Shown here piece after piece: positions 20,618 through 31,400 of a stretch of DNA of 64,000 nt. Each line of letters opens with the position of its first letter. Position 1 is the stretch's first letter. Under the pieces are notes generated by a model. That model saw nothing but the letters and a program-made list of their open reading frames with translations. It was not told the DNA's origin and searched no databases. A program made the translations under genes and the position numbers. Origin of the DNA: Dehalococcoidia bacterium (GTDB lineage Bacteria; Chloroflexota; Dehalococcoidia; Lucifugimonadales; UBA3495); contig JASLXV010000067.1 in the NCBI GenBank assembly GCA_030740155.1, positions 70,144 to 134,143 on the forward strand, read 5' to 3'.

Positions 20618-21601
20618 TTACTTCAAGTACTCCGCCAAGGTCCGGGCATTCGCCCGCATCATCTCGATGTAGGTGCTTACATCCTCGTCCAAAACGTCGG
20701 AGTAGATCGTCCCAACGGCCACCCCGGCGTCTTGGGCGGCCCGCTCGATGACTTCCGACCGGAACTGGGGCTCGACGAAGACCGCGGGGAGTCCCCCGTC
20801 GGCCACCTGGTCCAGGACGGCGACGATGGCTGCCGGAATCACGTCACCGGCGTCGCTGGAGACGAATGATGACACCTGCCATCCGTAGCGCCAGCCGAAA
20901 TGGCGAAAGGCGTCGTGGAAGGTCACCAGGTGCCGGCGGTCCGGTCCCACCTGGCTCAAGGTTTGGGAGATATCGAGGTCCAGGTCACGTAACTCCTGGA
21001 TGTAGGCTTCGGCGTTCGCCCGGTATTCCGAGGCGTGGTCCGGGTCGGCGCCGGCCAGGCTGTCCCGAACTCGCTCCACGGAGTGGATGGTGAGCAGAGG
21101 GTTCTGCCAGTAGTGGGGGTCCCCTGCCAGGTACTGAGGTTCGTCCGCGGGCCGGCCCTCGATGCTGCCCTCCAATCCCTCCGACGCGACCACGTGGACC
21201 GCGCCGGCCCCGCTGGCGGCCCGCAGCACCGGCTCCAGAAAGGCGTCCAACTCCAAGCCGTTGGACACGATGACCGCGGCCTGACTGATGTTGATGCTGT
21301 CAGTGGGGGTTGTTTGGAATGAATGCACGTCTGCCCCCGGCGGCACGATCGAGCGAACCTCGACCCGGCTGCCACCCACGTTCTTGACCAGGTCGGCCAG
21401 GAGCACGGTGGTGGTGATCACCTGAAGCCGTGAATCATCGCCGGCAGGGCCGATGGTTTTCGCTTCATCCCCGCCGCAGGCCGCCAGCAGCCAAAATGCC
21501 GCCACGAGGGCCCAGGCGAGCGCAGGTTGGACTGGCGCCCGCCCCAGGAGTCCCGGTACGCTCCCGGCTCCAAAGAAAGCCAATTTGATTTTGGTATCCA
21601 T
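20618..21601 (-). CDS. Zn/Mn ABC transporter substrate-binding lipoprotein (ZnuA/TroA family); start uncertain
   Basis: LAAC lipobox, GADVHSF, DPHYW, FHDAF. Confidence 0.92.
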   Translation of the reverse strand: MDTKIKLAFFGAGSVPGLLGRAPVQPALAWALVAAFWLLAACGGDEAKTIGPAGDDSRLQVITTTVLLADLVKNVGGSRVEVRSIVPPGADVHSFQTTPTDSINISQAAVIVSNGLELDAFLEPVLRAASGAGAVHVVASEGLEGSIEGRPADEPQYLAGDPHYWQNPLLTIHSVERVRDSLAGADPDHASEYRANAEAYIQELRDLDLDISQTLSQVGPDRRHLVTFHDAFRHFGWRYGWQVSSFVSSDAGDVIPAAIVAVLDQVADGGLPAVFVEPQFRSEVIERAAQDAGVAVGTIYSDVLDEDVSTYIEMMRANARTLAEYLK

Positions 21602-21668
21602 ACGCCTGATCTCCTTTCCGTGCCCCGCCACGCTGAGTGGGATCAACACCGAGGCAGCGGCTGCTTTT

Positions 21669-21712
21669 TAATACCTGGTCTCACTAGCATTAACGAGTGA
21701 GACATTGTATCA
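21669..21712. promoter_or_regulatory. Tandem 7-1-7 Fur/Zur-type operator candidates
   Basis: TAATACC-T-GGTCTCA 21669-21683; TGAGACA-T-TGTATCA 21698-21712; related TGATACC-T-TGTCCCG 22192-22206. Confidence 0.65.
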
Positions 21713-21731
21713 ATACTCCATAAAAAAAAGA

Positions 21732-22142
21732 CTAAGCCGTAGCGGGCTGGGCGCGGACGCAGCCGCGGCAGCGCCCGTACACCTCCAACCAGTGGCCGCT
21801 GATCTGGAAGTCATGGGCCGACGATAGCCCCTGGAGGAGTTCCTCGATGTCACACCCCAGCAGGTCCTCGGAGGCCCCGCAATCCACGCATAGAAGGTGG
21901 TGGTGGTGCCCTCGGTGGCTTAGCTGATAGTGGAGCGTGCCATCTTCAAGAAGGACCCGGCAGAGGACCCCGGCCTCCACCAGCAGTTTCAAAGAGCGGT
22001 AGACGGTGGCCCGGCCCACTGCGGGCAACAGCCCCCGCAGCTCCTCGGCGGTAAAGTGACGCTGCTGGGCGGCGATGGCCTGGGCCACGGCCCGGCGAGG
22101 CGACGTCGACCGGTAGCCCTGCTCTTCCAGGGTATCCAGCAA
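21732..22142 (-). CDS. Fur-family regulator, probably Zur by context; start may lie a few codons upstream
   Basis: HFTAEE, ATVYRSL, HHHHLLCVDCG, YGRCRGC. Confidence 0.93.
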   Translation of the reverse strand: MLDTLEEQGYRSTSPRRAVAQAIAAQQRHFTAEELRGLLPAVGRATVYRSLKLLVEAGVLCRVLLEDGTLHYQLSHRGHHHHLLCVDCGASEDLLGCDIEELLQGLSSAHDFQISGHWLEVYGRCRGCVRAQPATA

Positions 22143-22283
22143 CTGTTCTCCCAGCGAGAATCCCCGTTTACGTGCGATACCGGTTCCTTATTGATACCTT
22201 GTCCCGATTATGATTTGACTGTAGCACAATGGGGGCGGCAAGTCTAGGGTTGGTTGGTCCGGAGTGCCGCGGGCCGGATCGAC

Positions 22284-22331
22284 GAAATGCCCCTTGGTCC
22301 CCCTTTATAAAGGGGGACCAAGGGGCATTTC
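22284..22331. repeat. Perfect 48-bp spacerless palindrome
   Basis: GAAATGCCCCTTGGTCCCCCTTTA|TAAAGGGGGACCAAGGGGCATTTC. Confidence 0.95.
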
Positions 22332-22400
22332 ACCACAATATCAACCGATCCGAAGCATATAAAGGAAGACCAGTAGGCCCGCCAACCCTGACCGGCGCTC

Positions 22401-23321
22401 CTACCGGTACCAGGAGTCGCCGGCGGGAGGCCAGGGGTTTTCTAGGACCAGCACCTGGGAGAGCTGGGTGAACACCCCTTTCATGGCGCCGGGGTGCAGC
22501 CAGATGCTGTTGAACCCCAGGTTGGTGTAATTGGCGGTGACGCGGGAAGAGGTGTACCGCAGGCCCGTGCCCCGGATGTGATCGTCCATGGCCAGGGAAT
22601 CGTCAATCTGGTAGATAACCAGGTAGATGCCCTCGCCGTACTTTTCCAGGAAACGGGCCGACGGCGCATTCTCGCTCTTGGGCTGAGCCAGCTCGATGAA
22701 CGTGTCCTGGCCCGCCAGCGGAAGTACCACGATCTCCAGGTCGGTGAAGCTGATCTGATGACGGGCCGTGACCTGGAGCCCGAACATCTCCCCCCAACGC
22801 TGTATGGCCTGCTCCAGGTCGCGCACCAGCACCGCCACCTGTCGGATCTGGCGGGTCAGCGGGCGCCATTCCTTTTTGTGCCAGTTGGGCCCGGCGGGCG
22901 GCCATGGGTTGCCGGTGGCGCCGACCTCCAGTATCTCCAGGAATGCCCCGTTGGCGGAGGCGGGATGGACGAAGGCGGAACGGTGGTCGTCCTGCTCGTT
23001 CTCCCCGGTGATGCGGACGCCGAGGGATTTGAGGTGCGGAATCAGCCGGTCGTACTCTTTCGTCTCGAAGACCAACAGGTAGGGGGCTTCACCTCGCCGG
23101 CTCAGGAACCTGGCCCCGGGGGAATCGCCTGAAGTGGGCTGGAGCAACTCGACGAAGGTGCCGTTCCCGGCCGGCAAGACCATGTTGGTAAGTCCGTATT
23201 CGGGCAGGTCATGGGATTCGCAGACTTCCAGGCCCAGGGCCCGCCGGTAAAGTTCGCGGCCTTCTTCCAGGTCGTTGACCATCATGGCCACTTGGCGCAA
23301 CCGCTCCAACATGTCAGTCAC
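22401..23321 (-). CDS. VOC/glyoxalase superfamily protein with two tandem methylmalonyl-CoA-epimerase-like domains
   Basis: Internal duplication RQVA...TF(V/I)EL.QP...ARFL..GE; both halves end NPWPPAG. Confidence 0.85.
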   Translation of the reverse strand: MTDMLERLRQVAMMVNDLEEGRELYRRALGLEVCESHDLPEYGLTNMVLPAGNGTFVELLQPTSGDSPGARFLSRRGEAPYLLVFETKEYDRLIPHLKSLGVRITGENEQDDHRSAFVHPASANGAFLEILEVGATGNPWPPAGPNWHKKEWRPLTRQIRQVAVLVRDLEQAIQRWGEMFGLQVTARHQISFTDLEIVVLPLAGQDTFIELAQPKSENAPSARFLEKYGEGIYLVIYQIDDSLAMDDHIRGTGLRYTSSRVTANYTNLGFNSIWLHPGAMKGVFTQLSQVLVLENPWPPAGDSWYR

Positions 23322-23446
23322 CTGCCAACGGGATTTGGCTTACCGGCCGAGAGGCCAAGTGGAGGGCAACCGGACATCGCACACGAGTTCCGTCCGGAGA
23401 GGTTCTCCAGGATCCGCTGGGACATCGCGGTGAACTTGCGACTGCC

Positions 23447-23881
23447 CTAGGGGCGGTTGGGTAGGGCCAGGATGGCCTTGCCGCCCACGTGGCGTTCGCC
23501 TTCGGCGCCGGTGAGCAGGATATCGCACTCGACCAGGTTCTCCCCGTTTTCCTCGCGGGTGTCGGTAACGGTGGCGGATATCTTCAGCGGTTTGTTGTGG
23601 GGGACCGGCTGGCGGAACACCAAGTCCAAGTCTTTGATGGTGTCCGGCCCGGCCCAGTTGGTCAGGAGCCGGGTCATCATCGCCATGGACATGATGCCGG
23701 GCACGATGGGGCCGGGAAGCCCCACCTTCTCCGCGGTCTCCTGGTCGGTGAACCGGCTGGCCTTGGCTTGGCCCCAGACGCGGCAGAATGCGAGCACCCG
23801 TTCGTCCGTAGCTTCGGTTTCCAGCGGTCCGATTTCAGCGCCAAGCTCGACGTCTTCTATATAAAGCAACTTAGTCCCCAT
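23447..23881 (-). CDS. MaoC-like (hotdog) dehydratase subunit
   Basis: AEKVGLPGPIVPG, LVFRQPV. Confidence 0.8.
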   Translation of the reverse strand: MGTKLLYIEDVELGAEIGPLETEATDERVLAFCRVWGQAKASRFTDQETAEKVGLPGPIVPGIMSMAMMTRLLTNWAGPDTIKDLDLVFRQPVPHNKPLKISATVTDTREENGENLVECDILLTGAEGERHVGGKAILALPNRP

Positions 23882-24053
23882 TTACCGGTTGTTGATTTGA
23901 CGGCATTACTCGATTCATAAGATCGATCGTCAGCAAGAGCCCCGCTGCTTCCCCTTTGGCGAAGGGCGGCCGAGGGCGATTCGCGCGTGATCCTGTTTGC
24001 AAAATGGTGAACAGTTCATGGTTCCGGCACGGTGGCGCGCGGCCCGAACCGGG

Positions 24054-24497
24054 TCACTCCTTCCTGGCGAAGGACTCCTGTACGTCGGCGACAACCTCGT
24101 TGTTCTGGTTGCGGAAGGTCGTCTCCCACACGATGAATACCATGGTGCCGCTGCGGCCCGTCTTCGGGTAGACATCTTTGAGATGGGAGGAAGCCGTCAG
24201 GAAGTCTCCGGCGACGATGGGCGCTCTGGGCTCGACTCGCTGCCCCGCGTGCATCTGCATTCGGCCAAACTTGATGTTGATGTTGGGCAGAGCCACCTTC
24301 CGGACCATCACCGTAACCAGGGTTGGCGGCGCAAGTTGCCCGCGGTAGCCCGCGGCCTTGGCGGCGGCCTCATCGAGAAATACGGGGTTGGTTTCGCTGA
24401 GGGCTCCGGTGAAGGTGTCGATCAGCTCCTTGGTCACCTCGAAGGGTCCGGCCAAGTGCTCCTTACCGTATAGAGAGCGGTCGTATTCCATTACCAA
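24054..24497 (-). CDS. MaoC dehydratase N-terminal-type (HadA/FAS1-like) protein
   Basis: NPVFLDEAAA...APPT, MHAGQ, PIVAGD, FRNQ. Confidence 0.85.
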   Translation of the reverse strand: MVMEYDRSLYGKEHLAGPFEVTKELIDTFTGALSETNPVFLDEAAAKAAGYRGQLAPPTLVTVMVRKVALPNINIKFGRMQMHAGQRVEPRAPIVAGDFLTASSHLKDVYPKTGRSGTMVFIVWETTFRNQNNEVVADVQESFARKE

Positions 24498-24577
24498 TTA
24501 TGAATCTCCCTCTGCGGAATCACCGGGGCGTAAACGGTCTTCATCTGCCGTGGTGTTCCGGAGTTCCCGTAGCGCCG

Positions 24578-25240
24578 TTAACTGCCGGCGGCGCCGTTTA
24601 TAGTAGCCTCCAGCCAGACCGGCTGGTACCGGCCGGAGAGGAGGGCTTCGACCAGCTCTTTCTCGCTGCCGACCCGCTCCTCAAAATTGGTGAGGCAGGT
24701 GCCGATGTGACTCGCTAAGTGGGCATCGCTTCCGCCGACCCCCCGGTAGCCGTACTTGTCGCAGAGGTCCGTGGCCCGTTCGTTCTCCCCTTTCCGGTTA
24801 CCGCCGTTCAGCAGCTCGACGATGTGAACGTCCTCGAATTCCTCTCCCCGGTTCATGAAGTCGACCAGCCCGATGCCGAAGCGGCCGGGGTGGGCTGGAA
24901 TCGCCAGGCCGCCGTGCTGCCGGGCTGCCCGCATCAGCTCGTGGGAGTCCATTCGCACGTCGCCAAAATCGATATCATTGGTCAGCGCCTCGGTCACCCC
25001 GTACACCAGGAAATGGCCAAACCGGGTATCCAACTCCGAACCCTTCAGGACCAGTACGCCGTATTCGGCCGCCATCTCCGAGTAGTCCTTGTCGAAGTCG
25101 AACTTCCGGTGCTCAGTGAGGACGATGCCGTCGACGTTGTAGCCTCGTTTTCGAAGGACTTGAATCCACTTCAAGTACTGTTCCACAGTGGCCCGGGAGT
25201 CGTCGGAGGATATGGAATGGCAGTGCAGGTCCAGATACAT
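24578..25240 (-). CDS. PHP domain metal-dependent phosphoesterase
   Basis: DLHCHS, LTEH, GH, PAHP, GGSDAH. Confidence 0.9.
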   Translation of the reverse strand: MYLDLHCHSISSDDSRATVEQYLKWIQVLRKRGYNVDGIVLTEHRKFDFDKDYSEMAAEYGVLVLKGSELDTRFGHFLVYGVTEALTNDIDFGDVRMDSHELMRAARQHGGLAIPAHPGRFGIGLVDFMNRGEEFEDVHIVELLNGGNRKGENERATDLCDKYGYRGVGGSDAHLASHIGTCLTNFEERVGSEKELVEALLSGRYQPVWLEATINGAAGS

Positions 25241-25405
25241 ATTGAGGGCGGTTCCTCCCAATTCAGTTGCCGGGGTTCAAATCGGCCGGTGAATGCCCGA
25301 GGTGACGGTGGAAAATCGAGACTAAGGCGGACGCCGACCGTGAACATAATAACGGTTGGCGGGAGATTCATCAACCACCCGTGACCGATCCGGAGGGGTC
25401 CCGGG

Positions 25406-25987
25406 TCAACTGCCGGTGGCCGAATCGAGCCAGCGGGTGAAGCGTCCGGCCAGGGCCACCGGGTCTTCCAGTAGAAAGGGGACCGAGGCGTTTCCAGGCG
25501 CGATTTTCATGAGAATGAAGCCGGGTTCCCGGGTATTCACCGCCTCGGAGATCGATTGTTTCAGGGTTTCCAGGTCGTCGGCCTTCCAGGTGCGAAGGCC
25601 GCACTCGGCGGCGATGACCGCCAGGTCCAGCCTGGTCGTGAAGGTTGGCTGACCGCCGGTGGAGGCGTACTGCTCGTTGTCCAGGACGATCAGGAGCAGG
25701 TTTTCGGGCCGCAAAAAACCTATTGTGGTCAGGGCGTTCAGGTTGGTCAGCATCCCCCCGTCGCCCTCAACGCCCACCACCCGTCGCCCGGAGTCTTGCT
25801 CCAGACCCAGGCTTAAGCCCAAGACGATGGGGCCGACCAGGCCCATGGCTTCCACCACCAGCAGGTGGTTGTCCCGGCGCTCCACTGCCGCCATCTCCCG
25901 GCTGGTGGCGCCGCAGGTAAAGACTACCGGGTCGTTGGGGAACTGCTGAGATATGAGGCGCAAGGCCTCGATTCGGGCAACTGTCAT
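25406..25987 (-). CDS. ComE-like TPP-binding decarboxylase beta subunit (second set)
   Basis: EGDGGMLTNL...LDNEQYASTGGQP. Confidence 0.88.
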   Translation of the reverse strand: MTVARIEALRLISQQFPNDPVVFTCGATSREMAAVERRDNHLLVVEAMGLVGPIVLGLSLGLEQDSGRRVVGVEGDGGMLTNLNALTTIGFLRPENLLLIVLDNEQYASTGGQPTFTTRLDLAVIAAECGLRTWKADDLETLKQSISEAVNTREPGFILMKIAPGNASVPFLLEDPVALAGRFTRWLDSATGS

Positions 25988-25999
25988 CGTTCGGGCGCT

Positions 26000-26509
26000 C
26001 TACTCTTTGAGGTTTACGAAGACTACGATGGGCCGGCAGGTTATCTGGGCGTATTCGTATGCTTGCTGGACGGCTCGGGGCCAGTCGCTCAGAGGGACCC
26101 GGTAGTCCAGCACGAATGCCTTCATCCGCATCGTCTCGACCATGTCCACCGCGGTCTCGGAGAACATGAAGGCGGCCGCGTTGTACTCGCCGAATCCGCC
26201 CCGCCGGATCGCCAGGAGCAGCATCGGAGCGTGGTAGGCCATCGCATAGGTGGTCAGGGCGCCGATGGAATTTCCCAGCCCGGTGTCCTGGAAGAAAAGC
26301 ACACCCTTCTTTCGGGCCATGGCCAAACCCGAAGCGATGCCGATGCCCTCCTCTTCCCTCGCCACCGCGAAGGAGCGGACGCCGGGGCTGGCCTCGAAGT
26401 GGGCGATGACCGCCGCGCCGAAGCTGTCTGGAACGTGGATGAAGAACTCGATGCCAATGGCTTCCAGCCCTTCAATCACCGCGGCGCAGGAGTCTTCGGG
26501 ATAACCCAT
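26000..26509 (-). CDS. ComD-like decarboxylase alpha subunit (second set)
   Basis: VPDS, REEEGIGIASG, QDTGLGNS, RRGGFGE. Confidence 0.88.
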   Translation of the reverse strand: MGYPEDSCAAVIEGLEAIGIEFFIHVPDSFGAAVIAHFEASPGVRSFAVAREEEGIGIASGLAMARKKGVLFFQDTGLGNSIGALTTYAMAYHAPMLLLAIRRGGFGEYNAAAFMFSETAVDMVETMRMKAFVLDYRVPLSDWPRAVQQAYEYAQITCRPIVVFVNLKE

Positions 26510-26846
26510 AATTCAACCTTGATCGAACCCCATCCCTTCCCCCCGTAATGGGAATGAACAATCCTCTCCTCCTTTATGAAGGGGGAGATAAGAGAAGGGG
26601 TGAATTCGTATCCACCGGATTCACCGTGAAGTGGCTGGATCTAATCCGGCCTCGGGCCGGAGCCACATTTCGTCCCGCTCACTTTATGGCATCGGAGTCG
26701 GCCGCGCAACTCCGCCCGTCGCTTGGTCAGCCCAAATCGGGTGGGCGGAGGCCCTTTTCGGAGAGATTTCAGGGGAACCCCTCCCAAAGGACCTCCGCCC
26801 ATGCAGACCTCTGCCCAGGCAAAATGCTGGCAGAGGCGGATGAACT

Positions 26847-28076
26847 CTAAGGACTCGGCCGCACTTTGGTAACCACCATCGTGGCCGTGTAATCGGGTGG
26901 TTGAGGGGCGGTGGTCTTGGGATACGGGTCGAGGACCGAAAGCTCGAACCGGTACTCGTCGAAGACGCCGGTCACGGTGCCGGCCTCCGGGTCCACCAGG
27001 CCGGCTTCCAGGGTCAATTCCGGTGTGCCGAACCCGAGTACGTCGCCGGGGCTGGAGACTTGAAGCAGGACCCTGGCCCTACCCGCCTGGATGCAGACGA
27101 CGTCGAGGGCGCACCGGGAGTCCTCCACTACCTCCACGAACTCCACCGCGGGGCCTTGCCGGTCGATCAATGCCGTCTGTCCGGTCTTGAGCTGGAACGG
27201 GCTGTCGAAGGTTGCCGCAACCCGGCCGGGCGCCGGGGCCTCGCCCTCCGTCGTAAAGCTGGTGGTTGCATCATTGACCTGCACGGTGTAGGTGGTGGCG
27301 GGATCGAAGTCGGCGCCACTGCCTAGCCGAATGTTGGTGCTTACCGTCCGGTGAATCTCGATGCAGGCTACATCCTGGTCCTCCGGCTCCAGATTCGTGA
27401 CCGTGACGCGGATGGACTTGCCTTCATGTTGCACCTCGTACCCTTCGAACTCGATGCAGCCGTTCCGGAGGCCCGATTCTATTTGCAGGAAGTACTGGAC
27501 TGGAAAAGACTCGGCGGCCAAAACTTCCGCGCTGAGTATCGAGGCCGGGATGCTGACCATGTCCCACTCGGCGGGCCCGGCTGCCGGGGGCGTTGGGGTC
27601 GGTTCCTCAAACTGTCCGCTGGGAACGCTGGGACAGCTGGAAGGAACCGAGTACGTCTCGCCGTTCACCTCGACCGTGTAGGTCTCGCAGGCCTCGATGG
27701 CATCGCTGGGGAGTTCTATGTCGTGGCTCAAGGTCCCGTAGATGGCCGTGCACGGCACGCCGGGAGCAGACTCTCTCAGGTTCGTGACCTGGAGCCGGAA
27801 GGCGTCGCCGTCGCGGGTCAGGGCGTAGTCCTTGAAAGTTTCGCAGCTGTTCAACCCACCCGAGACCACTTTCAGGGTGGCGTTCGGTGCTTTGGCCTCT
27901 ATCTTCTCGATCTTGACGCTCTCGATGGGCGCCGCGACCTCGGTGACGTTGGTCGCGCCGGGCACGTCGGTCGCGCTGAGGGTGGCGGTGGCGCTGTCCC
28001 CGCTAGAACAGGCTATAGTGATCAACACCGCGATGCTTGCCACCATGGCCGTTACGATTCGAGTTAGGGGTTTCAT
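26847..28076 (-). CDS. Multi-domain lipoprotein of unknown function
   Basis: TIAC lipobox; two repeated beta-rich Cys-pair domains; C-terminal EDSRC-x4-C domain. Confidence 0.8.
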   Translation of the reverse strand: MKPLTRIVTAMVASIAVLITIACSSGDSATATLSATDVPGATNVTEVAAPIESVKIEKIEAKAPNATLKVVSGGLNSCETFKDYALTRDGDAFRLQVTNLRESAPGVPCTAIYGTLSHDIELPSDAIEACETYTVEVNGETYSVPSSCPSVPSGQFEEPTPTPPAAGPAEWDMVSIPASILSAEVLAAESFPVQYFLQIESGLRNGCIEFEGYEVQHEGKSIRVTVTNLEPEDQDVACIEIHRTVSTNIRLGSGADFDPATTYTVQVNDATTSFTTEGEAPAPGRVAATFDSPFQLKTGQTALIDRQGPAVEFVEVVEDSRCALDVVCIQAGRARVLLQVSSPGDVLGFGTPELTLEAGLVDPEAGTVTGVFDEYRFELSVLDPYPKTTAPQPPDYTATMVVTKVRPSP

Positions 28077-28263
28077 TAGGGTCCGCTCCTTGCCGTCCGG
28101 CTGTATCGCCAATCACCAACTATGACGGAAACCGGAGCAATTTTGTTCCCTGGTTCCTGATCCAGCCTAGGTGGAACGAAACCTCAGGCTGGCGAGACCC
28201 GGGCCGGGGCCATTCCGGATCAAGGGGGCTCGGCCGGGTCCCGTTATTTACAATGCTGCAAAT

Positions 28264-28359
28264 TGTCTTTCTGAGCCCTTGGCTTCGTTCAGGATCGGAC
28301 CGGCGAAGAACCTCAGTGTCACGCCGGATTTCTTCGTCGCTCCGCTCCACAGAATGACA
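28264..28359. repeat. MITE-like element (inverted near-copy of 16028-16124)
   Basis: TGTCTTTCTGAGCCCTT...CAGAATGACA. Confidence 0.85.
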
Positions 28360-28431
28360 TCGAGTCAAAGCCAAGTTATCTGTCGCTAGGTTCAATTGGA
28401 GCCGGCATGGCCTCGGGGTTTGGCCCCATGC

Positions 28432-31400
28432 TTAGCCGCCCAGCATCGTGATAATCACGTTGGCGGCGGCGTCGGCGAGTTCATCGCGGTCGAAGCCCGA
28501 ACCGTTGGCCATGATGGCGACGGCGAACCCGTCCTCCATGTACAGTCGCAGCTTGGTCTGGATACCTGCGCCGCCGCCGTCGTGCTCGAGGTAGGGATGG
28601 CCGGCATCCTCACCAAAGTGCCACGACAGGCCGATTGGCAAGGGCCCACCGCTGGTGGAATTCTGGACCTGTTGAAGCAGGGTGACTGATTCTGCTGCGA
28701 GAACGCGGACCCCATCAAGCTCGCCTTCATCCAGCATCATCTGGGCGTATCGGATCATGTCGGTTGGAGGTCCCATCAGCCCGCCACCCGCCGATTCGCC
28801 GACGATGTAGGGGTTCATCCAGGTGTGGCTCTCGTCCGTCTCCCCGAAGAAATCCGCGCCATCCTCGAGGCCCCTTGCCTCGTCCAGCAGAGGTATCAGG
28901 GCTTCTGCTTCGGCGACGGGGACGGCAGCGCCCGCCACATTGGCGTCCATGAAGTCGTTGCTGAAGGTGAAGTCCGTATTCGTCATTCCCAGCGGATTCA
29001 GAATGTGCTCCTTCACGTACTCCACGTACGGTTGCCTGGAGACCGCTGCGATGATTTGGCCCAGCGTCACGTAGTCGGGATTGACATAAGCGGATTCTGA
29101 ACCGGTATCGAACATCAGACTGGGGACACCGTCGTAGTATTCTCTATCCACCGAATCGAAGTCAGGCAAGGGCTGTCCTTGCAGCCTGAGATTCACCAGC
29201 AGGAAGTCCGAAGGCTCGGGCAGCCCGGTGCTGTGGGTGAGCATGTGGCGCACGGTGATCGGGGCCGGGTACTGGGTGGGGAAGTAATCCAGATAATCCG
29301 AAACCGGCACATCGAGATCGATCAAGCCCTGCTCACGAAGCTGCATGATGGCGGTCGCGGTCGCCGTCTTGCTGACGGACGCCCAGTGATAGACAGTGTC
29401 TGGCGTGGCCGGGATACCTCGGGGGCCGTCCGCCAAGCCAAACCCTTTCTCGTAAATAACATCTTCTCCCAGCGCGATCGCGATCGACAGTCCCGGCGGT
29501 CTGGTCCCGACAAAGCTGTTGACGTAGGTCTCAAACTCTTCCACAGTGGCTGGCAAGGCGACCTCACCGGAGAGCGAGAATCCCTGTATCGTCATCAACG
29601 TGTCCTCGGGAGGGTTTGCGACTAGGTCCTCGGGGCCCGTTGCAACGAAATAGTAGCTCGTACCATCCCTTGTCTGGCCCAGAACGGTGAATCCTTGACC
29701 GTCTCCCAGTGCGTAGGAAATTATGTCCCACCTGTCCCACGATGAACGCCCTGTCTCCGTGAGGGCCGCGGGGTCAACACCGACTTGCCTCACCGCCGCG
29801 TCGACGCTGGCCTCGACGGCGTCAGCTTCGACGGTGACGAGAGACAAGTTGATTGGTAGACCAGCGTAGGCTAACTGGACGTAGGTCCCGTCGGTTTCCA
29901 CCCGTGTCCAATCCCCAGCCAGCGTTATGCTGAAGCGGCCTTCGGGGTCCCGGTAGACGTTGCCAGGTTCAGCGGCAAGCTTCCTCATCAGGTAGCCTGA
30001 GAAGAGAAGATGCTCTTCACCATCGACATCGACGACACTGACTGTCTCCCCTCGGATTCTTTGTCCCAGCCCCAGGATCACGGCTTCATCGTCTGAAATG
30101 GGACCGATGGGAAGGACGACTTGGTCACCGGTTTCCGAGAGTGTGACGTCCAACGATAGGAGTTCGTTGTCGTACTCCAACTTTACGTTGGTCAAGAAGG
30201 TGAAAAAGCCGGGCTTTCCATTGGTGATCTCATAGGCGCCTACGCGGTCCATCCACGATTCAGAAACGGTGGCCGGCTCAATCCGTTCACCGAAGCCCAG
30301 ACCACCGAGTGCAAAGCCATAGAATTTTAGCGCCGTCCGTCCATTCACCGTTTGAATGGTCATTTGGGCGTCGCTCCAGTCCAGGCCCTCAATGGAGAAC
30401 CGCCCTTCGCCGCGGGGGAGGAGTGCGAAGGATTGCCCGAAGATGTCAGCAACGAGGCCGTTTCCATCTACGCGGATGTCCATTCGACCAAGGTCCGTAG
30501 TGTATACACCCACATAGCTGAGGGATTCGTCCGCGGACAGGGAAACGATGTCCGGAGCCTCTGGCATTGGCCTTTCGATACCGGTCTTGAGTTCCAATGC
30601 CTGCTGCAGAATCGTGGTGGCGATTTGAAAGTTGGCCGTTGCCGCCTCACCGGAGTTGCTGAGGACCACGACGCCGAGCTTGTTCTCTGGCAGAGTGACC
30701 AGGAGGCTGTTCCACATGCCCTCTCCGCCTGCATGCCAGGCGGTGTCGCCCGCGTTTTCCAGGCCGGGAAGAGGAAGCAGCCACCAGCTCAAGCCCCAGA
30801 GAACACTCGAATCCAACGGAACGTCGCTGTTCTGGGGCCTTAGCATCTCGGCCAGCGTCTCGGTCTTCAGGATCTGTTGACCGTCAACCTCGCCGTCGCC
30901 GAATATCATCATCATGAACCGGCTCAAATCGGCGGCTGTGGTATGCAACGATCCCGCCGGAATATCCCGGCCCCAGACGTACTCCTGCTCCTCACCTTTC
31001 AGGTACTCTTTTGACCGCAGCACTTTCATGTCGGACGTAAGCTTGAACGATGAGGAGTCCATGCCCATCGGTTGCAGAATCGCTTGGTCCACATATTCGC
31101 TGAAATCTTGACCCGTGACCTGTTCCACGGTGTGCCCCAGCAGACTGTAGCCCAGGTTCGAGTAGGAGAACACGGTATTTGGGGGGGTTGCGACGTATGC
31201 CGTACTGAACTGTTGCACCAGATTGTCAAACCCGCTACTGGTCAGTGCTTCCTTGTCATCACCATGTGCAAACATGCCGTTCAGCAGGTCGGAGGGCAGA
31301 CCTGAGTGATGGGTCATGACATTTCGCGGCGTGATAGGACCTGAACTGGTGAAACGGCTGTTGATGGAAAACCCCGGTAGGCAGGTTTGCAGCGGCCGGT

